Position numbers and translations under genes: made by a program. From a virus (taxonomy: Duplodnaviria; Heunggongvirae; Uroviricota; Caudoviricetes), in the IMG/VR virus record IMGVR_UViG_2547132272_000023: a stretch of DNA of 26,093 bases; one strand, 5' to 3'. The notes under the pieces are model-generated. The model was not told where the DNA came from. It was given only the letters and a program-made list of their open reading frames with translations, and did not search any database. Shown one piece after another: positions 17,273 through 26,093 of this stretch (the stretch's first letter is position 1; every line of letters starts with the position of its first letter).

Positions 17273-17788
17273 ATGGCTTTACCACGCAAATTAAAACACC
17301 TGAACCTGTTTAACGACGGGAACAACTGGCAGGGGATCGTTGAGTCGCTGACGCTGCCGAAATTCACCCGCAAATATGAGAAGTATCGCGGTGGCGGAAT
17401 GCCGGGGGCGGTGGATGTGGATCTGGGACTGGATGACAGTGCACTGGATACAGAATTTTCCATTGGTGGTACTGAACTGCTGCTGTTTAAGCAGATGGGC
17501 AAAGCCACGGTGGATGGCATCCAGCTGCGCTTTACCGGCTCTATCCAGCGTGACGATACCGGGGAAGTGCAGGCTGTGGAGCTTGTGGTGCGTGGACGTC
17601 ACAAAGAAGTGGATTCCGGCGAGTGGAAGACGGGCGAAAGCAACACCACCAAAGTGACCAGTACCAACAGCTACGCGAAGCTGACCATCAATGGTGAGGT
17701 GCTCTATGAAGTGGACCTTATCAACATGGTGGAAATTGTGGACGGTGTAGACCTGATGGAAGCGCACCGCAACGCCCTCGGCCTCTGA
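17273..17788 (+). CDS. FII: Tail tube protein (P2 gpFII-like)
   Basis: 171 aa (P2 FII about 172 aa), immediately after the sheath gene. Confidence 0.9.
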   Translation: MALPRKLKHLNLFNDGNNWQGIVESLTLPKFTRKYEKYRGGGMPGAVDVDLGLDDSALDTEFSIGGTELLLFKQMGKATVDGIQLRFTGSIQRDDTGEVQAVELVVRGRHKEVDSGEWKTGESNTTKVTSTNSYAKLTINGEVLYEVDLINMVEIVDGVDLMEAHRNALGL

Positions 17789-17842
17789 TCTATCTGAACG
17801 GCGCGGGATACCGCGCCAGAACCCAATTTACAGGACAACAAA

Positions 17843-18145
17843 ATGAGCGATAAGCAGACTGAAAAGACCATTCAACTGGATACCCCTATCAAGCGCGGTA
17901 AAACAGAAATTACCGAAATTGTGCTGCGTAAACCGCAGTCCGGTGCGCTGCGCGGTACACGCCTGCAGGCCATTATGGATATGGATGTGAACGCGATGAT
18001 GACCGTGATCCCCCGCATCTCCAGTCCGGTACTGACTGCACAGGAAATTGCAGAGATGGACCCGGCAGATCTCACTGCCATGTCGGTTGAGGTTGTCACT
18101 TTTTTGTTGAAGAAGTCGGTGCTTGCCGGTTTACCGACAGCCTGA
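17843..18145 (+). CDS. E: Tail assembly chaperone (P2 gpE-like)
   Basis: 100-aa ORF between tube and tape-measure genes; contains the T_TTT_TTG slip site near its 3' end. Confidence 0.75.
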   Translation: MSDKQTEKTIQLDTPIKRGKTEITEIVLRKPQSGALRGTRLQAIMDMDVNAMMTVIPRISSPVLTAQEIAEMDPADLTAMSVEVVTFLLKKSVLAGLPTA

Positions 18146-18279
18146 CGGTTGACGATCTGGTGGCAGATATCGCCACCATTTTTCACTGGCCGCCATCCGT
18201 TACTGACGTTATGCCGCTGACCGAAGTGCTGGAATGGCGGTATAAAGCGATTCAGAGAAGCGGGGCCAACGATGAGTAA
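17843..18279 (+). CDS. E+E': Tail assembly chaperone frameshift product (E+E'), made by -1 programmed ribosomal frameshifting at 18100-18106
   Basis: Heptamer T_TTT_TTG at 18100-18106 in the E frame; the -1 frame is open from 18106 to TAA at 18277-18279, overlapping the T start codon. Confidence 0.6.
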
Positions 18280-21200
18280 TAATAACCTGCGGCTGCAGGT
18301 CATTCTTAATGCGGTTGACAAACTCACCCGCCCATTCCGTGCTGCACAGGCCAGTTCGAAAGAGCTGGCTGGCGCAATCAGAAACTCCCGTGACGCATTA
18401 AAGCAACTCAATCAGGCGGGTAACAGCCTGGAAAAATTTCGCAAGCTGCAGGCCGATAACAAGAAGTTAGGCGACAGGCTGAACTATGCCAGACAGAAGG
18501 CTAATTTGCTTAGCTCTGAGCTGGAGGCGATGGAACAACCATCACAACGGCACCTTGTGGCTTTAGGTCGGCAAACGCTGGCAGTCCAACGCCTGGAAGA
18601 ACAACAAAAATATTTGCAGAAGCAAACGGCGCTTGTGCGTGCAGAACTGTACCGGGCGGGAATTTCTGCGAAAGATGATGCGGGAGCAACTGCCCGTTTA
18701 GCCCGTGAAACATCACGTTATAACCAGGAATTGTCGAAACAGGAGGCGCGGCTGAAGCGACTGGGTGAAGCTCAGCGCAGGATGAATGCGGCGCGTGCCA
18801 GTTATGCCCGTTCGCTGGAGGTGCGCGATCGTATTGCAGGAGCCGGAGCCACTACCACGGCTGCAGGGCTGGCAATGGGGACGCCAGTGATGGCGGCAGT
18901 AAAAAGCTATACCAGCATGGAAGATGCCATGAAAGGTGTGGCAAAGCAGGTCAATGGTCTGCGTGACGATAATGGAAACCGTACTGCACGTTTTTATGAA
19001 ATGCAGGATGCCATCAAGGCTGCCAGCGAACAGCTGCCGATGGAAAACGGTGCGGTGGACTTCGCCGCACTGGTTGAAGGTGGGGCGCGCATGAACGTCG
19101 CAAACCCTGACGACAGCTGGGAAGACCAGAAACGTGACCTGCTGGCCTTCGCCAGCACAGCAGCAAAGGCGGCAACAGCCTTTGAGCTGCCAGCGGATGA
19201 ACTGTCAGAAAGTCTGGGGAAAATCGCTCAGCTCTACAAAATCCCTACCCGCAATATTGAACAGCTCGGTGATGCGCTGAACTATCTGGATGATAACGCC
19301 ATGTCGAAAGGGGCGGACATCATTGATGTGATGCAACGCCTGGGCGGTGTGGCTGACCGTCTGGATTATCGTAAAGCGGCGGCGCTGGGTTCCACCTTCC
19401 TGACACTGGGCGCTGCGCCGGAGGTTGCAGCCAGTGCAGCAAACGCGATGGTGCGTGAATTGTCCATTGCCACCATGCAGAGCAAGAGTTTCTTTGAAGG
19501 GATGAATCTGCTGAAACTCAATCCTGAAGTGATTGAAAAGCAGATGACGAAGGATGCGATGGGAACTATCCAGCGTGTGCTGGAGAAGGTGAACGCACTG
19601 CCGCAGGACAAGCGTCTGTCTGCCATGACTATGTTGTTTGGTAAAGAGTTTGGCGATGACGCGGCGAAACTGGCAAACAACCTGCCGGAACTACAGCGCC
19701 AGCTAAAACTGACAGCGGGCAATGATGCGCTCGGCTCCATGCAGAAAGAATCCGACATTAACAAGGATTCACTTTCTGCGCAGTGGTTGCTGGTCAAAAC
19801 CACTGCACAGAATACCTTCAGCAGCCTGGGCGAAACGCTGCGCCAGCCGCTGATGGATATTCTGTACACGGTGAAAAGCATCACGGGGGCGTTGCGCCGC
19901 TGGGTGGAAGCTAACCCGGAACTGATAGGCACACTGATGAAAGTAGCGGCTGTTGTGGCTGCGGTTACCCTAGGCCTCGGCACCTTAGCGGTGGCGCTGG
20001 CTGCAGTGCTGGGGCCGCTGGCAGTCATCCGTCTGGGATTCTCTGTGCTGGGTATCAAAACGTTACCTTCCGTTACGGCAGCAGTAACACGAACCAGCAG
20101 CGCGTTGTCCTGGTTAGCTGGCACTCCACTGGCACTGCTGCGACGCGGGCTTGCTTCATCGGGCAACGCAGCGGGTTTACTTACTGCGCCGTTGTCGTCT
20201 TTGCGCCGCACGGCATCACTGACGGGGAATGTCCTGAAAACTGTAGCAGGTGTGCCGGTTGCACTGTTGCGGTCTGGATTATCCGGTTTACGTGCTGTTG
20301 CTGTGATGTTTATGAATCCACTGGCAGCACTACGCGGTGGACTGGCTGCCGCAGGCGCGGTGCTGCGAGTACTGGCATCCGGTCCGCTGGCGATGCTGCG
20401 CGTTGCCCTGTATGCCATATCTGGTCTGTTAGGTGCTCTGCTCAGTCCGATAGGTCTTGTGGTTACTGCACTGGCGGGCGTGGCGCTGGTTGTCTGGAAA
20501 TACTGGCAACCCATCACCGCATTTCTCGCTGGTGTGGTGGAAGGATTCAAAGCGGCGGCAGGTCCCATCAGTGCAGCATTCGAACCACTTAAGCCTGTGT
20601 TTCAGTGGATTGGCGACAAAGTACAGGCGCTGTGGGGCTGGTTTACTGATCTGCTGACGCCCGTTAAGTCGACCTCTGCCGAACTGCAGAGTGCAGCGGC
20701 AATGGGGCGGCGATTCGGAGAGGCACTGGCGGAAGGGCTGAATATGGTCATGCATCCGCTGGACTCCCTGAAATCCGGCGTTTCCTGGTTGCTGGAGAAA
20801 CTCGGCATTGTCAGTAAAGAGGCTGCAAAAGCGAAACTGCCGGAAAGCGTGACGCGTCAGCAACCTGCGACGGTGAATGCAGACGGTAAAGTGATAATGC
20901 CATCGGGTGGTTTTCCGTCATGGGGATATGGCTTTGCGGGGATGTATGACAGCGGCGGGTATATCCCGCGCGGGCAGTTCGGCATTGTCGGTGAAAACGG
21001 GCCGGAAATTGTCAACGGTCCGGCAAACGTGACCAGCCGGAGAAATACCGCTGCACTGGCTGCGGTTGTCGCCGGAATGATGGGCGTTGCTGCCGCGCCA
21101 GCAGAGCTTCCACCGTTGCATCCTTTGGCACTTCCCGCGAAAGGCGGTGAAGCGATGGTGAGTCGCGCAGCTGCTGTGCCGCCCGTTCACCGGATTGAGG

Positions 21201-21349
21201 CACCGACGCAGATCATCATCCAGACGCAGCCAGGACAAAGTGCGCAGGATATTGCGCGGGAGGTGGCACGCCAGCTTGATGAACGTGAACGCAGGCTGAA
21301 GGCAAAAGCCAGGAGTAACTACAGCGATCAGGGGGGATACGACGCATGA
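18272..21349 (+). CDS. T: Tail tape measure protein (P2 gpT-like)
   Basis: 1025 aa; coiled-coil-rich N-terminal part, hydrophobic Ala/Leu/Gly-rich central segment; position after E/E'. Confidence 0.85.
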   Translation: MSNNNLRLQVILNAVDKLTRPFRAAQASSKELAGAIRNSRDALKQLNQAGNSLEKFRKLQADNKKLGDRLNYARQKANLLSSELEAMEQPSQRHLVALGRQTLAVQRLEEQQKYLQKQTALVRAELYRAGISAKDDAGATARLARETSRYNQELSKQEARLKRLGEAQRRMNAARASYARSLEVRDRIAGAGATTTAAGLAMGTPVMAAVKSYTSMEDAMKGVAKQVNGLRDDNGNRTARFYEMQDAIKAASEQLPMENGAVDFAALVEGGARMNVANPDDSWEDQKRDLLAFASTAAKAATAFELPADELSESLGKIAQLYKIPTRNIEQLGDALNYLDDNAMSKGADIIDVMQRLGGVADRLDYRKAAALGSTFLTLGAAPEVAASAANAMVRELSIATMQSKSFFEGMNLLKLNPEVIEKQMTKDAMGTIQRVLEKVNALPQDKRLSAMTMLFGKEFGDDAAKLANNLPELQRQLKLTAGNDALGSMQKESDINKDSLSAQWLLVKTTAQNTFSSLGETLRQPLMDILYTVKSITGALRRWVEANPELIGTLMKVAAVVAAVTLGLGTLAVALAAVLGPLAVIRLGFSVLGIKTLPSVTAAVTRTSSALSWLAGTPLALLRRGLASSGNAAGLLTAPLSSLRRTASLTGNVLKTVAGVPVALLRSGLSGLRAVAVMFMNPLAALRGGLAAAGAVLRVLASGPLAMLRVALYAISGLLGALLSPIGLVVTALAGVALVVWKYWQPITAFLAGVVEGFKAAAGPISAAFEPLKPVFQWIGDKVQALWGWFTDLLTPVKSTSAELQSAAAMGRRFGEALAEGLNMVMHPLDSLKSGVSWLLEKLGIVSKEAAKAKLPESVTRQQPATVNADGKVIMPSGGFPSWGYGFAGMYDSGGYIPRGQFGIVGENGPEIVNGPANVTSRRNTAALAAVVAGMMGVAAAPAELPPLHPLALPAKGGEAMVSRAAAVPPVHRIEAPTQIIIQTQPGQSAQDIAREVARQLDERERRLKAKARSNYSDQGGYDA

Positions 21350-21831
21350 TGATGGTGCTGGGATTGTACGTGTTTATGCTGCGCACCGTACCGTATCAGG
21401 AGCTGCAGTATCAACGCAGCTGGCGACATGCGGCAAACAGTCGGGTAAATCGTCGTCCGTCCACGCAGTTTCTGGGACCGGACAACGACATGCTGACGCT
21501 TTCTGGTGTTCTTATGCCGGAGATAACAGGCGGCAGGCTGTCGTTGCTGGCACTGGAGCAGATGGCAGAACAGGGGAAAGCATGGCCCCTGATTGAAGGC
21601 AGCGGCACGATTTATGGCATGTATGTGATTGAGGGACTGAATCAGACTAAAACGGAGTTTTTCCGCGATGGTATGCCGCGCCGGATTGAGTTCACCCTGT
21701 CGCTCAAACGGGTGGATGAATCCCTGTCCGATATGTTCGGTGATCTCAGTACGCAACTGAATAATCTGCAGGACACGGCAACATCTGCCTTAAGTGATAT
21801 CAGTAAAACGGTGGGAGGGCTGCTGTCGTGA
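21346..21831 (+). CDS. U: Tail protein (P2 gpU-like)
   Basis: 161 aa (P2 U about 159 aa); ATGA overlap with T. Confidence 0.8.
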   Translation: MMMVLGLYVFMLRTVPYQELQYQRSWRHAANSRVNRRPSTQFLGPDNDMLTLSGVLMPEITGGRLSLLALEQMAEQGKAWPLIEGSGTIYGMYVIEGLNQTKTEFFRDGMPRRIEFTLSLKRVDESLSDMFGDLSTQLNNLQDTATSALSDISKTVGGLLS

Positions 21832-22928
21832 ATTTCAGCTCTGAACTGCTTAACAAAGGCAACAAAACTCCCGCATTCAGCATCAGTATTGAGGGCAGGG
21901 ATATCACTACTGTGCTGGATAACCGTCTGATGAGTCTGACGTTGACGGACAATCGGGGCTTTGACGCGGACCAGCTTGATCTGGAGCTGGACGACGCCGA
22001 CGGAAAAATCGTGCTGCCGCGCCGTGGTGCGGTCATTACGCTGGCGCTGGGCTGGAAGGGGCAGCCGCTTTTCCCGAAAGGGACATTCACGGTGGACGAG
22101 ATTGAACACACTGGCGCACCGGACCGCCTGACTATCCGGGCGCGAAGTGCTGATTTTCGGGAAGCGCTGAATACCCGCCGTGAAAAATCGTGGCATAAGA
22201 CCACCGTCGGGGAAGTGGTGAAGGAAATAGCCGCGCGGCACAAGCTGAAGATGGCACTGGGTAAAGACCTGTCGGATAAGCCCGTGGAGCATATAGACCA
22301 GACTAATGAGAGTGACGGCAGTTTTCTGATGCGGCTGGCGCGACAGTACGGTGCCATCGCGTCGGTGAAAAATGGCAATCTGTTATTCATCCGGCAGGGG
22401 CAGGGCAAAAGCGCCACTGGTAAACCTCTGCCAGTGATCACTATCACACGCAAGGACGGCGACAGTCACCGATTTACCCTGGCAGATCGCGGAGCCTACA
22501 CGGGCGTAATTGCCAGCTGGTTGCATACCCGCGAACCTGCGAAGAAAGAAAGCACCACGGTGAAGCGTAAGCGCAGAACTAAGAAGCAGAAGAAAGAGCC
22601 AGAAGCGAAGCAGGGCGATTACCTGGTGGGTACGGATGAAAACGTGCTGGTACTTAATCGCACTTATGCCAACCGGAGCAACGCCGAACGAGCGGCGAAA
22701 ATGCAGTGGGAACGCCTGCAACGCGGCGTTGCGTCATTTTCGCTACAACTGGCAGAAGGGCGGGCAGATCTCTACACGGAAATGCCTGTGAAGGTCAGTG
22801 GTTTTAAACAGCCGATAGATGATGCGGAATGGACCATTACGACTCTGACGCATACCGTCAGCCCGGATAACGGTTTTACGACCAGTCTGGAGCTTGAAGT
22901 GAGGATTGATGATTTCGAAATGGAATGA
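21828..22928 (+). CDS. D: Tail protein / late control gene D (P2 gpD-like)
   Basis: 366 aa; last late structural gene before ogr, as in P2; overlaps the U stop. Confidence 0.85.
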   Translation: MNFSSELLNKGNKTPAFSISIEGRDITTVLDNRLMSLTLTDNRGFDADQLDLELDDADGKIVLPRRGAVITLALGWKGQPLFPKGTFTVDEIEHTGAPDRLTIRARSADFREALNTRREKSWHKTTVGEVVKEIAARHKLKMALGKDLSDKPVEHIDQTNESDGSFLMRLARQYGAIASVKNGNLLFIRQGQGKSATGKPLPVITITRKDGDSHRFTLADRGAYTGVIASWLHTREPAKKESTTVKRKRRTKKQKKEPEAKQGDYLVGTDENVLVLNRTYANRSNAERAAKMQWERLQRGVASFSLQLAEGRADLYTEMPVKVSGFKQPIDDAEWTITTLTHTVSPDNGFTTSLELEVRIDDFEME

Positions 22929-23018
22929 TTCTTCGCAATGGAGAACTTTTAAGTTTGCAAAATGGAATAATGCGGTATCATTATTGTGAATTTAGCAAAA
23001 ATGGGGAGAACTCGAAAA

Positions 23019-23237
23019 ATGATGATTTGCCCACTGTGTGGAAGTGCCGCCCATACTCGCAGCAGTTTTCAGGTATCTTCATTGACCAAAGAGCGTTACA
23101 ACCAGTGCCAGAACATTAACTGCAGCCATACTTTTGTTACCCATGAAACTTTTGTTCGTTCGATTGCAACGCCAAAAGAGTCAAATCCGGTTCAGCCGCA
23201 TCCAATGAAATCAGGACAGGTGGCGCTCTCTCTTTGA
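23019..23237 (+). CDS. ogr: Zinc-finger late transcription activator (P2 Ogr-like)
   Basis: ATG 23019 with GGGGAGA upstream gives 72 aa, the P2 Ogr length; Cys4 motif CPLCG-X22-CQNINC near the N-terminus. Confidence 0.8.
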   Translation: MMICPLCGSAAHTRSSFQVSSLTKERYNQCQNINCSHTFVTHETFVRSIATPKESNPVQPHPMKSGQVALSL

Positions 23238-23317
23238 CGCTGCCGCCATTTTGTCGCCATCGTTAAAAAACAGTGCTTCTAACATCATGATTTTAAACAG
23301 CTTAAATTTCAGGCAAC

Positions 23318-23360
23318 AAAAAACCCATCAACCTTGAACCGAAATGGCGGGGTTGATGGG
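23318..23360 (-). terminator. Rho-independent terminator of ybjL (hairpin plus U-tract on the minus strand)
   Basis: CCCATCAACC (23324-23333) pairs with GGTTGATGGG (23351-23360); on the minus strand the hairpin is followed by TTTTTTGT. The 17-nt loop is rather large. Confidence 0.4.
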
Positions 23361-23472
23361 CTCCACAAAATGGGGACATCAAAGAAAAGCAGTGGCACTA
23401 ATTAAGACTGATGCCCCGAGGAAAAGTTCTGCGGTTGTACAAAAAAATTTCATTTTTGGGGCAACTTCAGTT

Positions 23473-25158
23473 TTATCCGAGTCCTGGCCATACCATTACG
23501 ATGATTGTCCCTGCCAGCGTCAGCAGTACGTTAGCTATTGCATAAGTGCCCGCATAACCTAAGGCCGGGATGTTGCTGCGCGCAGTGTCGCTGATGATCT
23601 CCATTGCCGGAGCACAAGTACGTGCGCCCATCATTGCACCGAATAACAGCGCGCGGTTCATGCGCAGCACATAAGCGCCAAACAGGAAGCAAATAACAAC
23701 GGGCACCAGGCTGACAATTAACCCGGCAATCAACATCTGACCGCCAATCGCACCCAGGCCGTTATTGATGCCACTACCGGCGCTTAAACCCACGCCCGCC
23801 ATAAATACCATCAAACCGAACTCTTTCACCATGCTTAACGCGCCCTGGGGAATATAGCCGAAGGTCGGGTGGTTCGCTCGCATAAAGCCCAGCATAATAC
23901 CAGCGAATAACAATCCGGCGGCGTTACCCATGCCGAAGCTGAATGTGCTGAACTGGAAGGTGATCATCCCGATCATCAGACCGATGACAAAGAACGCGCA
24001 GAATGCCAGTAGATCGGTAACCTGGCTGTGAATCGAGATAAAGCCGATGCGATCGGCGATGGTTTTCACGCGACGGGCATCGCCGCTCACCTGCAATACA
24101 TCGCCTTTATTAAGCACCACGTTATCGTCGATCGGCATTTCGATCTGGCTGCGGATGACGCGGTTAAGGAAACAACCGTGATCGGTCAGCTTCAGTTGTG
24201 CCAGGCGTTTACCGACAGCGTTATGGTTTTTGACGACCACCTCTTCAGTGACGATACGCATGTCGAGAAGATCTCGATCAAAAACTTCTTTACCGTTACG
24301 GAAGCTGGGATCGAGTCGGGCGTGGGCGTCGGGATATCCTACCAACGCTATTTCATCGCCCATCTGTAGCACGGCGTCACCATCCGGATTTGCCAGAATC
24401 CCGTTACGACGAATACGTTCAATGTAGCAACCGGTTTGTCGATAAATACCCAGTTCGCGCAAGTTTTTGCCATCGGCCCAGGCGACCAGTTCCGGCCCGA
24501 CGCGGTAGGCGCGAATGACCGGCAGATAGACTTTACGGCTGGCGTCGGTATCCAGACCCCGTTCACGAGCGATTTGTTGGGCGCTGGTTTGTAAGTCCTG
24601 ATGCTGCAACTTAGGCAAGTAACGCGCACCGACAATCAAACTCACCAGGCCAATCAAATAGGTTAATGCATACCCGAGGCTTAAATTATCCAGTGCCGCA
24701 GAGAGCTGCCCGCTTTCTATTCCTGAGTGGCGTAAGGTATCGCCCGCACCAACCAAAACCGGTGTTGATGTCATTGAACCAGCCAACATACCGGCCGTCA
24801 GGCCGATGTCCCAGCCAAACAACTTACCCAGTCCTAAGGCGATCAGCAGTGCACTACCGACCATTACCAGGGCTAACATTAGGTAATTTTTCCCATCGCG
24901 GAAAAAAATGGAAAAAAAGTTGGGTCCGGCTTCGACCCCGACGCAGAAAATAAACAGCATAAAGCCAAGATTAAGCGCGTCGGTGTTAATACTGAAATGT
25001 TGTTGACCTAATAACAGTGATACGACTAAAACGCCAATGGAATTACCCAGTTGGATTGAACCAAGTCGTAATTTTCCGAGACATAGTCCAAGCGCGAGGA
25101 CCACGAATAATAACAGAATGTAATTCCCATTTAACAATTCGGCGACGTTTATATTCAC
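23473..25158 (-). CDS. ybjL: Putative transporter of the AspT/YidE/YbjL family (host chromosomal gene)
   Basis: 561 aa, two hydrophobic transporter halves separated by a soluble central region; N-terminus [29 protein letters not shown] recognised as E. coli YbjL from memory; lies next to ybjM and grxA as in E. coli K-12. Confidence 0.8.
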   Translation of the reverse strand: MNINVAELLNGNYILLLFVVLALGLCLGKLRLGSIQLGNSIGVLVVSLLLGQQHFSINTDALNLGFMLFIFCVGVEAGPNFFSIFFRDGKNYLMLALVMVGSALLIALGLGKLFGWDIGLTAGMLAGSMTSTPVLVGAGDTLRHSGIESGQLSAALDNLSLGYALTYLIGLVSLIVGARYLPKLQHQDLQTSAQQIARERGLDTDASRKVYLPVIRAYRVGPELVAWADGKNLRELGIYRQTGCYIERIRRNGILANPDGDAVLQMGDEIALVGYPDAHARLDPSFRNGKEVFDRDLLDMRIVTEEVVVKNHNAVGKRLAQLKLTDHGCFLNRVIRSQIEMPIDDNVVLNKGDVLQVSGDARRVKTIADRIGFISIHSQVTDLLAFCAFFVIGLMIGMITFQFSTFSFGMGNAAGLLFAGIMLGFMRANHPTFGYIPQGALSMVKEFGLMVFMAGVGLSAGSGINNGLGAIGGQMLIAGLIVSLVPVVICFLFGAYVLRMNRALLFGAMMGARTCAPAMEIISDTARSNIPALGYAGTYAIANVLLTLAGTIIVMVWPGLG

Positions 25159-25426
25159 GGAGACTAACTTCTTGTTTACGAGTAAGCTGTTGAAAGAAAT
25201 GGTAATTTAAGATAATGTTTTTACCTGAATTCAGAGCGCAGATTCATTCAGCGCACTTAATCAATAGTAAAGTAACAATATATTTTACTAGTGTAATCAC
25301 ATTAGATACCAACGGCTATAAGAATTGTGTTGGCCTATATTAGCATGGAATGCGAAGCGGCTTTATCTTACTGAGCGCCACACCGGCGAAAAATGTGTTC
25401 GATAGAGGCAGTGTCAGGAGGAACAT

Positions 25427-25804
25427 GTGAAACATAAACAACATTGGGCGGGGGCAATTTGCTGTTTTGTCCTCTTTATTGTGGTGTGCCTTTTTCTGGC
25501 GACACATATGAAGGGAGCTTTTCGGGCTGCCGGGCACCCTGAAATCGGCTTACTGTTTTTCATTCTTCCTGGGGCTGTAGCCAGCTTTTTTTCGCGGCGT
25601 AGAGAAGTCCTTAAACCACTGTTTGGCGCAATGCTGGCAGCACCGTGTTCTATGTTAATTATGCGTCTGTTTTTTTCACCATCACGCTCATTCTGGCAGG
25701 AGCTGGCGTGGTTGTTGAGTGCCGTCTTCTGGTGTGCGCTGGGCGCATTATGTTTTTTGTTTATCAGTAGCTTGTTCAGGCCGCAACACAGAAAAAATCA
25801 ATAA
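25427..25804 (+). CDS. ybjM: Inner membrane protein YbjM (host)
   Basis: 125-aa hydrophobic protein between ybjL and grxA, the K-12 arrangement. Confidence 0.65.
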   Translation: MKHKQHWAGAICCFVLFIVVCLFLATHMKGAFRAAGHPEIGLLFFILPGAVASFFSRRREVLKPLFGAMLAAPCSMLIMRLFFSPSRSFWQELAWLLSAVFWCALGALCFLFISSLFRPQHRKNQ

Positions 25805-25826
25805 AGCCCTCAAACAGAGAGGGCTT
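25804..25826. terminator. Bidirectional terminator hairpin between convergent ybjM and grxA
   Basis: AAGCCCTC-aaacaga-GAGGGCTT stem-loop between the two stop codons. Confidence 0.4.
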
Positions 25827-25835
25827 ATCCGGTAA

Positions 25836-26093
25836 TCAGGCGTCAAGATTCTCTTTCACCCAGGCAGCAAAATCGGTATAGCCACCGATGTGTTGCTGAT
25901 CGACAAAAATCTGCGGTACGGTTTCTACCGGCTTGCCAGCTTTCTGTTGCAGATCCTCTTTAGTGATCCCTTCAGTACGAATATCCACATACTGATAGTG
26001 AAAATCATCGTGTTCATTACTTAACTTTTCTGCCAAATCTTTGGCACGCACGCAGTAAGGGCAACCCGGACGACCGAAAATAACGGTTTGCAT
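25836..26093 (-). CDS. grxA: Glutaredoxin 1 (host)
   Basis: 85 aa with the CPYC active site (GRPGCPYCVRAK); the start codon coincides with the last base of the window. Confidence 0.85.
   Translation of the reverse strand: MQTVIFGRPGCPYCVRAKDLAEKLSNEHDDFHYQYVDIRTEGITKEDLQQKAGKPVETVPQIFVDQQHIGGYTDFAAWVKENLDA

Larger units (their letters stand above)
1..23300. mobile_element. P2-like prophage, right arm (hotspot cargo through ogr); left arm with int/C/cox/B/A lies outside the window
   Basis: Colinear P2 gene order Q-P / O-N-M-L-X-Y-K-lysAB-R-S-V-W-J-I-H-G-(cargo)-FI-FII-E-T-U-D-ogr with matching protein lengths; host genes begin at 23473. Right boundary is approximate. Confidence 0.8.

Noticed and set aside
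19366-20568. 400-aa minus-strand ORF inside the tape measure gene T
   Set aside because: Antisense to T in a GC-rich, Ala-rich coding stretch; the translation is low-complexity (Ala/Ser/Thr/Arg/Pro) and has no plausible start context.
23344-23562. 72-aa plus-strand ORF across the ogr-ybjL intergenic region
   Set aside because: It overlaps the ybjL 3' end and its terminator hairpin; no ribosome-binding site, and it is more likely non-coding att/terminator sequence.
1-26093. CRISPR arrays, tRNA/rRNA genes, integrase or transposase genes
   Set aside because: No regularly spaced short repeats, no tRNA-like cloverleaf candidates and no recombinase-like ORFs were seen; the prophage integrase is expected beyond the left edge of the window.

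Overview
The window is the right-hand ~23 kb of a P2-like (Peduovirus-type) prophage and its junction with an Escherichia/Shigella-type chromosome. Gene order and protein lengths match P2 almost gene for gene: portal Q and large terminase P on the minus strand, then O-N-M-L-X, the lysis cassette Y-K-lysA-lysB-lysC, R-S-V-W-J-I-H-G, FI-FII-E/E'-T-U-D and the zinc-finger late activator ogr on the plus strand. To the right of ogr lie host genes that I read as ybjL, ybjM and grxA. Three TGT-N12-ACA dyads sit at the positions expected for Ogr-dependent late promoters, and a T_TTT_TTG slip site gives the E+E' tail-chaperone frameshift. Two AT-rich cargo loci interrupt the GC-rich phage backbone. The first is a 469-aa orphan ORF (1-1410), convergent with Q, at the position of the old/tin hotspot of P2-like phages; it is the best candidate here for an undescribed accessory or anti-phage function, but I could not assign it a fold or motif. 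The second is an acyltransferase-3 family membrane protein with its own promoter and terminator at the Z/fun position between G and FI, probably a surface-polysaccharide modification (lysogenic-conversion) moron. The distal half of tail fibre H and the chaperone G also look exchanged. No cos-like sequence is visible in the 47 bp between the orphan ORF and Q. All identifications are from reading the sequence and from recalled P2 biology; no searches were run.
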